Notes: generated by a model not told the origin, from the sequence alone. Positions 1 to 8,953 are shown, counted from the stretch's first letter. The stretch is DNA of 44,125 bases from Candidatus Gastranaerophilales bacterium (GCA_944324035.1 CALUUU010000001.1:1-44125), one strand, 5' to 3'. Numbers and translations: made by a program.

Positions 1-5
1 CAAAC

Positions 6-90
6 TGTACATTTTTTACAGCACTTTTGTTGTATAATTACACATTTTTTACACGACTTTTAGGTTTTATTTACACATTTTTGACAGAAC
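6..90. repeat. Three direct repeats of about 19-20 nt (approx. T[GT]TACA(C)ATTTTT[TG]ACA..AC) with 32-33 bp periodicity
   Basis: Copies read directly at 6-24 (tgtacattttttacagcac), 38-57 (ttacacattttttacacgac) and 71-90 (ttacacatttttgacagaac). They lie at the broken 3' end of the integrase remnant. Confidence 0.6.
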
Positions 91-472
91 CTTAAATCAT
101 TAATAATGTAATTTTCTAGTCCTAGTTGCTGTTTTACCTTATAAAAATCTTTTCTAATTCTTCGTTTCATGATTTCTTTTTTATTTTCATCACCTGTTAA
201 AATACTGTTTAAGGGTGTTTTGTTAAAATCATTTTCTCAACCAACGGTAAAAGATAAGGATAACGCTTCTCTAAAACCTGAAATAATTGCTTCAGTTGTT
301 TATTTGATAGTATTTGGACTTCTCTTTTTGATATATTTTTCACTCTTTTGACTTCAAAGCAACAAGTTTTATCAATAATACCTTCTTTTTGAAAGTGTTT
401 AATTATTTGATTAAGTAATGTCAAAACATTTTTAATTCTTCTCTCTGAAACATCATTTTCTTTCATGCTCAA
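60..472 (-). pseudogene. Tyrosine recombinase/phage integrase remnant (N-terminally truncated, frameshifted, internally deleted)
   Basis: ORF 209-472 shows the integrase core-binding/SAM-like pattern (..REVQILSNKQLKQLFQVLEK..YPYLLPLVEKMILT). A shifted frame continues ..ILTGDE..MKRRIRKDFYKVKQQLGLENYIINDLRF, resembling the segment before the catalytic HxLRH box, then runs into the direct repeats and stops at 60. It lies about 0.7 kb from the 3' end of tRNA-Ala. Confidence 0.45.
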
Positions 473-697
473 TTTGAACTGTTCAATGTCTCGTATTGTT
501 ATATCCTTTAATTTGTATATCAGAATTTTGGGCCAAAATATTTTTATTAATATTTGTACCTGATAGCAGAAATGGTAATTTTTGTACTTTTACTAATGAA
601 ATAAAAACACAAGAATTTATAATAAATTTTAATTCAGTATTTTTATATGGTGAGTATAACAATAATTACTATGAATTATGTGCTAAATAATTGTATA

Positions 698-946
698 TTA
701 TTTTAATTCTTTGATATATTCTTTCCCGTATAACTCTATATCATCTATTTCAAACAAATCACTTCTATATTGTCCGGGCCAAACGGCATATAACTTACTG
801 CCATCATTTTTTACCCTATAATAAGCATCTCGCTTTTCCTGTACATAATTTTGGACTTGTCTTATTTCTTTATCTTTTGTAAGTTCAATATAGCACACAA
901 GTTTTGAACCATAAGGAAAATATTCCTGCTCTGATGCTTTTCTCAT
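698..946 (-). CDS. Hypothetical small protein (82 aa)
   Basis: Intact ORF with a strong SD (AAGGAG, about 8 nt upstream of the ATG). No recognisable family. Confidence 0.55.
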   Translation of the reverse strand: MRKASEQEYFPYGSKLVCYIELTKDKEIRQVQNYVQEKRDAYYRVKNDGSKLYAVWPGQYRSDLFEIDDIELYGKEYIKELK

Positions 947-1158
947 TTTTTAACTCCTTTAACTTGTATAATTAATAATTTTATCACAAATTAAAACAGT
1001 AAAAGCTTCCAACTAAACATGTCAAACTTGCGATACTTTTTGTCAAAATCCCTGATACATAACACCTGTCACGTTTTCTCAAACTCTGTGTCAATTTATA
1101 CCTAGATAAAAAAATAAACCCAACTGCAAAACAGTAAGGGTTCTATTGTTTGAAAAAT

Positions 1159-1231
1159 TGGAGAATAGGAGACTCGAACTCCTAACCCCCTGCGTGCAAA
1201 GCAGGTGCTCTACCAATTGAGCTAATCCCCC
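1159..1231 (-). tRNA. tRNA-Ala (anticodon TGC)
   Basis: The reverse complement reads GGGGGATTAGCTCAATTGGTAGAGCACCTGCTTTGCACGCAGGGGGTTAGGAGTTCGAGTCTCCTATTCTCCA. It folds as a cloverleaf with anticodon loop TTTGCAC, the G3:U70 alanine identity pair and a GTTCGAGTC T-loop. CCA is not encoded. Confidence 0.93.
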
Positions 1232-1344
1232 ATATGTATTTGTCAAATTTCTGCACCGCATCAATTAGGGTAAACTATTAATTACGGTTACTTCTTTATC
1301 TTACATGCTGATTTTTTTTTGTAAACCCCTTTTTTATATTTTTT

Positions 1345-1497
1345 TTAAATTAAGTTTAATTTATTAAATTTACTTAAGTAGGATTTTATTGTATGCTTGC
1401 TCACACACTGCTTTTTGGCTATTTCATCAATGCTCAATTTTTGTTTAACAAGTTCTAAAATTTCTTTTTCACGCTTATTCAAACTATTTTCCATCAT
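1345..1497 (-). CDS. Stand-alone LuxR/GerE-type helix-turn-helix protein (50 aa; below the ORF-track length cutoff)
   Basis: My own translation gives MMENSLNKREKEILELVKQKLSIDEIAKKQCVSKHTIKSYLSKFNKLNLI*. It matches the GerE pattern (RE.EIL.L....S..EIA....VS..T.K.....). A GAGGTG SD lies 2-5 nt before the tandem ATGs. It sits 90 bp downstream of the KS operon on the same strand. Confidence 0.55.
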   Translation of the reverse strand: MMENSLNKREKEILELVKQKLSIDEIAKKQCVSKHTIKSYLSKFNKLNLI

Positions 1498-1587
1498 ATC
1501 ACCTCAAATACAAATTAAGTTTAATATAAACATATGGCTAAATATACTAGCCACATGGCTATTTTTATTTGAAATAATATAACAAAA

Positions 1588-2814
1588 TTATTTAAACACC
1601 TTAAATATCAACGAAGTATTTATGCCTCCGAAAGCAAAATTATTTGACATAACTATATTCGTGTCAATTTCTCTTCCTGAACCTTTTATGTAATCAAGCC
1701 TTCCGCATTCCTCGTCAATTTCATTAAGGTTTAATGTAGGACAGAACCATTTTTTTCTTGCCATATCTATTGTAAGAATAGCTTCCACTGCGCCGCAGGC
1801 ACCAAGTGTATGGCCTGTATAGCTTTTTATCGAACTTACAGGAACAGCCCGCCTAAACACATCATATGTAGCATTACTTTCTGCAACATCGCCCTGTATT
1901 GTTGCAGTGCCGTGTGCATTTACATATCCTATGTCATCAGGAGAAATATGGGCGTCTTTCAAGGCAAGCTCCAGAGCTGTTTTCATTTTATCGCGATTAG
2001 GGCTTGTGATATGGGTGCCGTCTGTACTTGTTCCGAAACCAATAACTTCTGCATAAATCTTTGCTCCGCGTTTTTTAGCGTGTTCATATTCTTCTAAAAT
2101 CAAAGTTCCTGCGCCTTCTCCTATGACAAGCCCGTCCCTGTTTTTATCAAAAGGTGACGGTGTCAGTTCAGGAAAATCATTTTTCTGGCTTGTTGCATAC
2201 AGTGTATCAAATATTGCAATCTGTGTCGGATGGAGTTCATCTGCCCCGCCGGCAATCATTACTGTTGCATAACCGTTTTTTATTGCCTCATAAGCATAAC
2301 CTATACCCATGGAACCTGATGTACATGCAGTTGAAGTTGGGATAAGCCGTCCTGTTGTTTTAAAATACAGGGAAATATTTACAGCCGATGTTTGCGGCAT
2401 CATTTTCACATAACTTCCTGATGTAACAGTACGGACTTCTTTTTCTACCATCATTGAATAAAAATCAATGATACTTTCCAGTGAACCTGATGAAGATCCG
2501 TAACTTACACCGGTATCACCGTTAGTGATAATTTCATCTCCGAGAAGTCCGGCATCTTTTAGTGCATCTTCCGCACTTACAACACTCATAACCGCAACAC
2601 GGCCCATTGTTCTGAGAACTTTCCGCGTATAATGTTCAGGAATTACAAAATCATCAGCAACCGCCGCAAGTTTAGTATTTAAACGTGTAAAAACTTCCAA
2701 TTCAGGCATATATTTTACACAGTTTTTCAAACTTAAAAGCTTTTCAAAAGCCTTTTCTCTCGTTGCCCCAAGAGGACTAATCTGTGCCATACCCGTAACT
2801 ACAACGCGACGCAT
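1588..2814 (-). CDS. Beta-ketoacyl-ACP synthase (FabF/KAS II-like; ApeR-like position)
   Basis: Catalytic triad contexts are present: TACTSGSMG (Cys), HGTAT (His) and GHTLGACGA (His). 408 aa. The start overlaps the stop of the reductase gene. Confidence 0.9.
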   Translation of the reverse strand: MRRVVVTGMAQISPLGATREKAFEKLLSLKNCVKYMPELEVFTRLNTKLAAVADDFVIPEHYTRKVLRTMGRVAVMSVVSAEDALKDAGLLGDEIITNGDTGVSYGSSSGSLESIIDFYSMMVEKEVRTVTSGSYVKMMPQTSAVNISLYFKTTGRLIPTSTACTSGSMGIGYAYEAIKNGYATVMIAGGADELHPTQIAIFDTLYATSQKNDFPELTPSPFDKNRDGLVIGEGAGTLILEEYEHAKKRGAKIYAEVIGFGTSTDGTHITSPNRDKMKTALELALKDAHISPDDIGYVNAHGTATIQGDVAESNATYDVFRRAVPVSSIKSYTGHTLGACGAVEAILTIDMARKKWFCPTLNLNEIDEECGRLDYIKGSGREIDTNIVMSNNFAFGGINTSLIFKVFK

Positions 2815-3539
2815 TAATATAATCCTCCGTTAACAGAAATAACCTGTCCCGTAATATATCCTGCATCTTCACTCATAAGATAATTAACAAGACTTGCCAC
2901 TTCTTTTGCCGTGCCAAAACGTTTCATCGGGATATGTTTTTTAATTTCATCAACAGGCAAATCCTGTGTCATATCGGATTCAATAGCCCCGGGTGCAACA
3001 CAATTTACGGTAATTTTGCGTTTTGCAAGCTCCAGTGCTAATGCTTTAGAAGCACCTATAATACCCGCTTTTGAAGCGCTGTAATTTACCTGCCCGTAAT
3101 TGCCGCGAAGTCCGGAAACAGAAGACATTGCAACAATCCTGCCTTTTATTTTATTTGTAATCATCGGCATTACAATCGGTTTTAAAACATTATAAAAGCC
3201 GCCTAAATTTGTATTCAGAACGCTGTCCCAATCTTCATCCTGCATTGCAGGGAAAACAGCATCCCGGGTAATTCCTGCGTTTAAAACAACACCATAGTAT
3301 ACACCGTTTTGTTCAATATCACGGGTAATAACCTCACAACATTGTTCTCTGTTTGTTGTGTCAAATTGCAAAATACGTCCTTCAACCCCGGACAATTTTA
3401 TCTCTGTAAGCACTTCTTCTGCTTTTTGGATATTTTTGTTACAATGCAAAACTATATCAAATCCGTTCTTTGCCAGATAAATTGCTGTTTCTTTTCCTAT
3501 TCCGCGGCTGGAACCCGTGATAAGTATTTGTTTTCCCAT
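2814..3539 (-). CDS. 3-oxoacyl-ACP reductase (SDR, FabG-like; ApeQ-like)
   Basis: Contains MGKQILITGSSRGIGK (TGxxxGIG), NAG, and S..YSASK (the YxxxK catalytic motif). I place the start at the ATG at 3539 rather than 3614, because the longer ORF would overlap the upstream dehydratase gene. Confidence 0.88.
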   Translation of the reverse strand: MGKQILITGSSRGIGKETAIYLAKNGFDIVLHCNKNIQKAEEVLTEIKLSGVEGRILQFDTTNREQCCEVITRDIEQNGVYYGVVLNAGITRDAVFPAMQDEDWDSVLNTNLGGFYNVLKPIVMPMITNKIKGRIVAMSSVSGLRGNYGQVNYSASKAGIIGASKALALELAKRKITVNCVAPGAIESDMTQDLPVDEIKKHIPMKRFGTAKEVASLVNYLMSEDAGYITGQVISVNGGLY

Positions 3540-3544
3540 AAATT

Positions 3545-3994
3545 TTAAACTCCGCTCTTCAAAAATTCCGCAGCATTCTGCGGCTGGTAAGCATTTACTG
3601 TAGCTTTCGCGCATTCTACATTATCATTATAAATTAAACACTCAAATGAAACAAGTTCGTTATCACAAAAAATTTCTTTTGCTTTAATAATATATTTATG
3701 CCCCTTTTGAAATTTTTGAACTGAGGACTTATACGACCGTGTACCAAGCAAAAATCCGATACGCGGGGTTGGGCTGTTATGTTTAAAATGAGCATATGCG
3801 GCAATTGTTTGCGCCATAAATTCTATACCCAAAAGATATGATACCCCGTCTAATTCTTTTTCAAAAAAGATATTATCTTCTTGTATTGTAACATTTGCTA
3901 TAATATATCCTTCTTTAAGGTTAATTTCTTCAATATCATCAATAAGTATCATCGGATAACTATGCGGTAAAATCTTTTCCAGTTCGTATTTCAT
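3545..3994 (-). CDS. Hotdog-fold 3-hydroxyacyl-ACP dehydratase-like protein (ApeP-like)
   Basis: 149 aa, of hotdog size, placed between a KS and a KR. The N-terminus LPHSYPMILIDDI resembles the FabZ/FabA-like lead-in. Confidence 0.7.
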   Translation of the reverse strand: MKYELEKILPHSYPMILIDDIEEINLKEGYIIANVTIQEDNIFFEKELDGVSYLLGIEFMAQTIAAYAHFKHNSPTPRIGFLLGTRSYKSSVQKFQKGHKYIIKAKEIFCDNELVSFECLIYNDNVECAKATVNAYQPQNAAEFLKSGV

Positions 3995-3995
3995 A

Positions 3996-5075
3996 TTATT
4001 TTCCTAAAATTATTACAGCATTTGTGCCGCCAAACCCAAATGCATTACACATAACATTTTTTACATCGTTAATTTTGCTATTTTTATCAACAAGATTAAG
4101 CTGTGGAATATGCGGATTATATTCACCGTCATAAACATGCGGCGGCAGTATATTTTTATTGCTGTTTAAAAGTTCATAGCAGATAGCTGTTTCAATACTT
4201 GCTGCAGCGCCAAGACAATGACCTGTAAGAGGCTTGGTTGAACTGACGGGTGTTTTATCTTTGAATATTTTACTTACTGCATTAGCTTCCATCGTATCAT
4301 TAGCCAAGGTTCCTGTTCCATGGAGATTTATATAATCAATATCCGAAGGGTTTAAATTGGCTTCTGTTAACGCATTAAGCATTGCTTTTGCAGCTTCTTC
4401 GCCGTCAGGATTTGGTGTTGAAATATGGTACGCATCAGAGGTTTCGCCAAGTCCCAAAACCTTTATTCCGCTGCCCTCTTTTTCAAGTATAAATAAAGCA
4501 GCAGCTTCGGATATATTTATCCCGGTAACATTTTTACTGAAAGGGTTTGAACGTTTGTCCGACAGTACCTCCAGGGATTTGAAACCTGCAAGAGGAAATT
4601 TTGAAAGTTCATCGGCTCCGCCTGCTATAACCGCATCGCATAATCCGCTTTCCATCCATTTTTTTGCGGTTAAAAAAGCTTTTATACCTGAAGAGCATGC
4701 AGTTGACACTCCGCAAAAGAGCCCTTCCAGCCCAAGATATTCTTTTAAAAATTCAGCGGGATTACTCATTTTTAATAATTCATAATCGTTTGTTAATTCA
4801 AATTTATCAATTCCGGTATTGGTTGTTGCAATAACCACACCAATCCTTTTTTTGCCGTATTTTTCTATTAAACCGGATATCTCGGGTTTAATTTGATTTA
4901 AACAGTGAAGAAGCATTCTGTTGCATCTTATATTATATTTTTCCGATTTTATTTCAGGCAGAGGGGTTGTAACTTTAAAATCAGTCAGTTTTCCGGCTGT
5001 AAGATTTTGAAAAATCTCTTCTGAATTTTCGCCTAAATTACATATTGCAGCTGCCTTTGTGATTGTAATCATCAT
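3996..5075 (-). CDS. Beta-ketoacyl synthase (ApeO-like KS)
   Basis: Contains STACSSGIKAF (active-site Cys), HGTGT and GHCLGAAA. Tandem ATGs occur at 5075 and 5072, and a GAGG SD favours 5072. Confidence 0.88.
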   Translation of the reverse strand: MMITITKAAAICNLGENSEEIFQNLTAGKLTDFKVTTPLPEIKSEKYNIRCNRMLLHCLNQIKPEISGLIEKYGKKRIGVVIATTNTGIDKFELTNDYELLKMSNPAEFLKEYLGLEGLFCGVSTACSSGIKAFLTAKKWMESGLCDAVIAGGADELSKFPLAGFKSLEVLSDKRSNPFSKNVTGINISEAAALFILEKEGSGIKVLGLGETSDAYHISTPNPDGEEAAKAMLNALTEANLNPSDIDYINLHGTGTLANDTMEANAVSKIFKDKTPVSSTKPLTGHCLGAAASIETAICYELLNSNKNILPPHVYDGEYNPHIPQLNLVDKNSKINDVKNVMCNAFGFGGTNAVIILGK

Positions 5076-5083
5076 ACCTCTTC

Positions 5084-5112
5084 TTGCAGAATTGTTCTAT
5101 CAATATTATACT
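5084..5112 (+). promoter_or_regulatory. Candidate sigma70-type promoter (TTGCAG-17 nt-TATACT) for the plus-strand operon
   Basis: TTGCAG lies at 5084-5089 and TATACT at 5107-5112, with exactly 17 nt between them. The ATG at 5122 is only about 10 nt downstream, which implies a very short or absent leader. Confidence 0.3.
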
Positions 5113-5121
5113 AATATTATC

Positions 5122-5712
5122 ATGAAGGAAATAAATTTTGACATAAAAAAATATTCGTACATAAAAGACGAAGAATTTGATGTATCTTTTATCCCGATGA
5201 TGACAAGGAGAAAGCTGAATAAATTCGGTCGTGCAGCTCTTTTTACGCTTTATAACGTATATGAGGGCGGAAATCCTTATCTTGTATTTGCCTCCGAATA
5301 CGGCGATGTGGAAAGGGTTCTCCAGTTGATTGAACAGCGTAATGAGGAAGGGGAAGTTTCTCCTGCGGGATTTAGTTCTTCGGTACATAATGCTTCAATC
5401 GGATTGTTTTCACTGCTTGAAAAGAATAAAACGGGTTATAACTCAATTTCCGCAGGTAAAAAGACAGTTACCGCAGGGTTTTTGGAAAGTATTTTATCCG
5501 GGGATTCTGTTTTTTGCTATGCTGAAAGCTGTGGCGGGTTAAAAAGTCTTTCTGCCTCAATTCAGATAACACCAGACGGCCGGTATCTTTTGTCTGAAAA
5601 TTCCGGAAATTTACCTGCGGCAGACAGTTTCGATGATTTGGTGCAATTTTTAAGCGGACAATGTGATACTTTTGTAAGTGATAATTACAAAATACAGAGG
5701 ATTGCAAGATGA
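5122..5712 (+). CDS. KS N-terminal-like protein lacking the active-site Cys (chain-length-factor-like, ApeC-like)
   Basis: About 196 aa with ..VSPAGFSSSVHNASIGLFSLL.. and no C-H-H triad. I take the start at MKEINFD (ATG 5122) rather than 5059, which would overlap the divergent KS gene. Confidence 0.7.
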   Translation: MKEINFDIKKYSYIKDEEFDVSFIPMMTRRKLNKFGRAALFTLYNVYEGGNPYLVFASEYGDVERVLQLIEQRNEEGEVSPAGFSSSVHNASIGLFSLLEKNKTGYNSISAGKKTVTAGFLESILSGDSVFCYAESCGGLKSLSASIQITPDGRYLLSENSGNLPAADSFDDLVQFLSGQCDTFVSDNYKIQRIAR

Positions 5713-6440
5713 AATTTTGGCGGGCTTTTCTCGTATTTGTTGAGATGGGATTTTTCGGTATAGGAGCTCTCACAATCGGCGGAATTATTTTCCCGGTATT
5801 ATCTTTGTTTGTAAAAGAAGAAAAACGAAGGGAATGTTTTTCCGGGATTATACATAGTTCATGGAAATTTTTTATATGGGTTATGGAAGTTACCGGAGAA
5901 ATAAAAGTCAATGTTGAAGGTAATCTAGACGATATAAGAGGAAAAATTGTTGTTGCTTCTCATCCGAGTTTGATAGATATAATTCTTCTTATAGGGCAGA
6001 TGCCGCGCTCTCTTTGTCTTGCTAAAAAAGAATTGTTGAAAAATCCCGTAATGCGAAATATCGTAAAATCGCTTTACATAATTAACGATGTTGAACCGGA
6101 AATCTTTCAGAAAAATGCGCTTGAAGCATTAAATGAGGGGTATAATATTGTAATTTTCCCGACAGGAACCAGAACTTTACCGGGTGAAGATATAAAAATC
6201 CATAAAGGCGCGGCCCAGCTTGCAATAATATCGGGAGCGAATATTGTTCCAATTAATATTAAAACCGACTTCCCATTTCTCAGAAAACATCATTCCCCGC
6301 TTGATGCCGGAGAAAAAACCGTAAATTACTATCTAAAAATTTTGCCGGAAATCGACACTAAAGATTATAATATTGATACAGTAGGCGAAATAAAAGCCCG
6401 CAACCATATATCTGCTAAAATTAAAGAATGTATAAATTGA
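5709..6440 (+). CDS. Lysophospholipid/1-acyl-glycerol-3-phosphate acyltransferase family protein (PlsC/LPLAT; ApeD-like)
   Basis: Contains the HX4D box (SHPSLID) and FPTGTRT (FPEGTR-like), with an N-terminal TM segment. An ATGA overlap links it to the upstream gene. Confidence 0.85.
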   Translation: MKFWRAFLVFVEMGFFGIGALTIGGIIFPVLSLFVKEEKRRECFSGIIHSSWKFFIWVMEVTGEIKVNVEGNLDDIRGKIVVASHPSLIDIILLIGQMPRSLCLAKKELLKNPVMRNIVKSLYIINDVEPEIFQKNALEALNEGYNIVIFPTGTRTLPGEDIKIHKGAAQLAIISGANIVPINIKTDFPFLRKHHSPLDAGEKTVNYYLKILPEIDTKDYNIDTVGEIKARNHISAKIKECIN

Positions 6441-6486
6441 CTTTATGGAATAATTAAGTTATAAAATTAATATAGGAATTAAGCAC

Positions 6487-6744
6487 ATGACACTGGAAAA
6501 TAATATTAAAGAATTAATAATTAAATCACTAAATTTGGAAGATATCAAACCATCTGATATCAATGATGAAGATCCGCTTTTTGAAGACGGTCTGGGTTTG
6601 GATTCAATTGATGCCCTTGAACTTGGCATAGCATTAAAAAAGAATTACGATATTGAACTATCCACTGACAAGAGCGAAAATTCAAAGTATTTTTATTCTG
6701 TGAAAACAATAGCCGATTTTATCAGGAGTAGTAAAGGTGAATAA
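6487..6744 (+). CDS. Acyl carrier protein
   Basis: 85 aa, with the phosphopantetheine attachment motif LGLDSIDALEL. Confidence 0.9.
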   Translation: MTLENNIKELIIKSLNLEDIKPSDINDEDPLFEDGLGLDSIDALELGIALKKNYDIELSTDKSENSKYFYSVKTIADFIRSSKGE

Positions 6745-6991
6745 AAGTTTTACATATGAAGAAATTATGGATAAATTAAAAGAAATTCTCGTTGATGATT
6801 TTGAAATCGAGAGTTCTGTTATAACGCCTGATGCAAATCTTTTTGAGGATTTAGAACTTGACAGTATAGATGCTGTTGATTTAGCAGTTAAGCTTCAATA
6901 TTTCACCGACAAAAAAATCCCGCCGGAAGATTTTAAAAAGATTAAAACAGTGGAAGATGTTGCCAGAGCCATTGAAGAACTTGTAAAATGA
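6737..6991 (+). CDS. Acyl carrier protein (second copy; GTG start)
   Basis: 84 aa, with the motif LELDSIDAVDL. AGGAG lies upstream of the GTG start. Confidence 0.85.
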   Translation: MNKSFTYEEIMDKLKEILVDDFEIESSVITPDANLFEDLELDSIDAVDLAVKLQYFTDKKIPPEDFKKIKTVEDVARAIEELVK

Positions 6992-7392
6992 AATTGAAAT
7001 TTATTTTTCCGTTTATAATTACCCTGATGGTAATTTTGTTGTTTCATTTTACGCAGATTTATCTTGTAAAGTTTTACCCTGTTGCTGCGAATTTAACGGC
7101 TTTTCTGGTATTTTTTATATCCTCGTTTTCAAAAGAAACCGTAATACAAAAATTTGCCAAAAAGCTGGAAGGCGGAGTTTTGGACGATTTTACAAGAACT
7201 TATACAAGAAATCTGACTTATGTATGGTGTGCTGTTACATTTTTAAATCTAGTTATCTCAATAGTTACGGTATTTCTGCCGGAAAAATGGTGGGCATTAT
7301 ATAACGGATGTATTTCATATTTTGCAATCGGTATGGTGTTTGTGGTTGAATATATTGTAAGAGTGGTTTTAAGAAAGAAGTATAGAGGATGA
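6988..7392 (+). CDS. Small integral membrane protein (ApeG-like position)
   Basis: 134 aa with about 4 hydrophobic helices. ATGA overlaps on both sides indicate translational coupling. Confidence 0.7.
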   Translation: MKLKFIFPFIITLMVILLFHFTQIYLVKFYPVAANLTAFLVFFISSFSKETVIQKFAKKLEGGVLDDFTRTYTRNLTYVWCAVTFLNLVISIVTVFLPEKWWALYNGCISYFAIGMVFVVEYIVRVVLRKKYRG

Positions 7393-8933
7393 TATTAGAG
7401 AAGTTCCAAACTGATAAATATGATGACAATTTTGTGTTCACAAATCCCGGTATAACTTTAGGCGAATTGAAACGTTATATCATTTACCAGTGCAGGGAGT
7501 TTGAAAAATCAAAAATTAAAAATATTATTTTATTTGGAGATGATTATTTTAATTTTGCCGTAAACTTTTTCGCAGCAGCATTTACAGGAAAAGAAATCTA
7601 CCTTATTTCTGACAAAGCTCGTTTGAAGCAGCTTGATGTGGATTATATTATCCCGGAACCGGCTCACCCTCTTGACGGAACAATTAATGCCGAAAATCTT
7701 AACCCTAAAGATGTTAAGATAAACTTTTTTACATCAGGTTCAACAGGCGAACCGCAGAATATACAAAAAAATCTCTATAACCTTGAAGTTGAAGCACAGA
7801 CTACGATTGATGTATTTAACTTAAAACCTGATAATATTTATGTTGCAACAACTTCACTGGCGCATAGTTTTGGAATATTGTTTAATTTTATTCTGCCGTT
7901 TCGATACGGTTGCCGAATTAATTATAAAAAAATAGACTTTCCGGAGCAGCTGAATTTTAAAGACGATTATATTTTAATTTCTACCCCGACATTTATGGAA
8001 AAAATGGCAAAATATGATTATACATTCAACAAAGCACCTGAAAAAATTTTTCTTGCAGGAGCAAAGCTGAAGCCGGAAATAATAGACTATTTCAAACAGT
8101 ATACCGATTTAATTGACATATACGGAAGCACTGAAACAGGAAACATTGCATACAAAAGAGGGCACACAAATTTCAGGGCATTTCCTGATGTGAGCGTATC
8201 CACTGACAGTAACAGCCAAACAGTTGTTATGTCAGAGTATTTTCCGCAGGACAAAGCTGTGTTATCGGATATTATCGAATATGTAAATGATAAAGAATTT
8301 GTTTTCAAAAAACGTTCTGACAGGATTGTAAAAGTTTACGAAAAACGGATTTCTCTTGATGAAATTGAAAACAACTTAAAAAAACATGCCAAAATAAAAG
8401 ACTGCTACTGCTTTATGTACCATGACACCCTGGCATGCATTGCAGCAACTGATGATATAGATGTTGAACAGTTTGAATTAAAGCGTTTTCTTATGAAATA
8501 CGGTGATGTAGTGCCTAAGAAGTGGCGCATTGTTGATGAGCTCCCAAAAACCGCAATGGGTAAAATAAGCCGTACAAAACTATTTAAGCTGTTCGGGATG
8601 AATACATCCATGCCTTTTGTAAAATCCAGAAACATTATGCAAAATGAAGCGGAAATAGAATTACTTTTCAGGAAAAATTGCAATTTCTTTGAAGGGCATT
8701 TCGATGTTATGCCGATACTTCCAGGCGTGGTACAGCTTTATTTTGCAAAATACTTTGCAAATGATGTTTTTAATATAGAAATTCCGCCGACAGAAGCCAA
8801 GAAAGTAAAATTTTCCAATATAATCAGACCTGATACGCCTGTAACGCTCAGACTTAAAAATTTGGAAAAATCATTGGAATTTACCTACCTGTCTGATGAC
8901 AAAACATATTCTTCGGGTATATTTGTAAAGTAG
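7389..8933 (+). CDS. AMP-dependent synthetase/ligase (adenylating enzyme) fused to a C-terminal FabA/FabZ-like hotdog domain (ApeH+ApeI-like)
   Basis: ANL motifs are present: FFTSGSTGEPQ, IYGSTETG, KKRSDRIVKV, LPKTAMGKISR. The C-terminal 105-110 aa (from about 8610) contain FFEGHFDVMPILPGVVQ, the dehydratase His/PG motif. Confidence 0.85.
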   Translation: MILEKFQTDKYDDNFVFTNPGITLGELKRYIIYQCREFEKSKIKNIILFGDDYFNFAVNFFAAAFTGKEIYLISDKARLKQLDVDYIIPEPAHPLDGTINAENLNPKDVKINFFTSGSTGEPQNIQKNLYNLEVEAQTTIDVFNLKPDNIYVATTSLAHSFGILFNFILPFRYGCRINYKKIDFPEQLNFKDDYILISTPTFMEKMAKYDYTFNKAPEKIFLAGAKLKPEIIDYFKQYTDLIDIYGSTETGNIAYKRGHTNFRAFPDVSVSTDSNSQTVVMSEYFPQDKAVLSDIIEYVNDKEFVFKKRSDRIVKVYEKRISLDEIENNLKKHAKIKDCYCFMYHDTLACIAATDDIDVEQFELKRFLMKYGDVVPKKWRIVDELPKTAMGKISRTKLFKLFGMNTSMPFVKSRNIMQNEAEIELLFRKNCNFFEGHFDVMPILPGVVQLYFAKYFANDVFNIEIPPTEAKKVKFSNIIRPDTPVTLRLKNLEKSLEFTYLSDDKTYSSGIFVK

Positions 8934-8953
8934 ATTGAAATTTGAGGTGAAAA

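Noticed and set aside
1312-1320. T9 homopolymer between the small LuxR-type gene and tRNA-Ala
   Set aside because: It has no ORF or promoter-spacer context that a length change would affect. Short A/T runs are expected in AT-rich intergenic DNA.
1520-1560. Clustered tggcta/tagcca inverted repeats after the KS operon, considered as a terminator
   Set aside because: The stems are only 6 bp and AT-rich, and no U-tract follows on the minus strand. This is not convincing as an intrinsic terminator.
3540-3614. N-terminal 25-codon extension of the FabG-like ORF (MRESYSKCLPAAECCGIFEERSLKF)
   Set aside because: The extension would overlap the 3' end of the dehydratase gene by 70 nt. The SDR Rossmann motif begins right after the internal Met (MGKQILITGSSRGIG), so the shorter start at 3539 was adopted.
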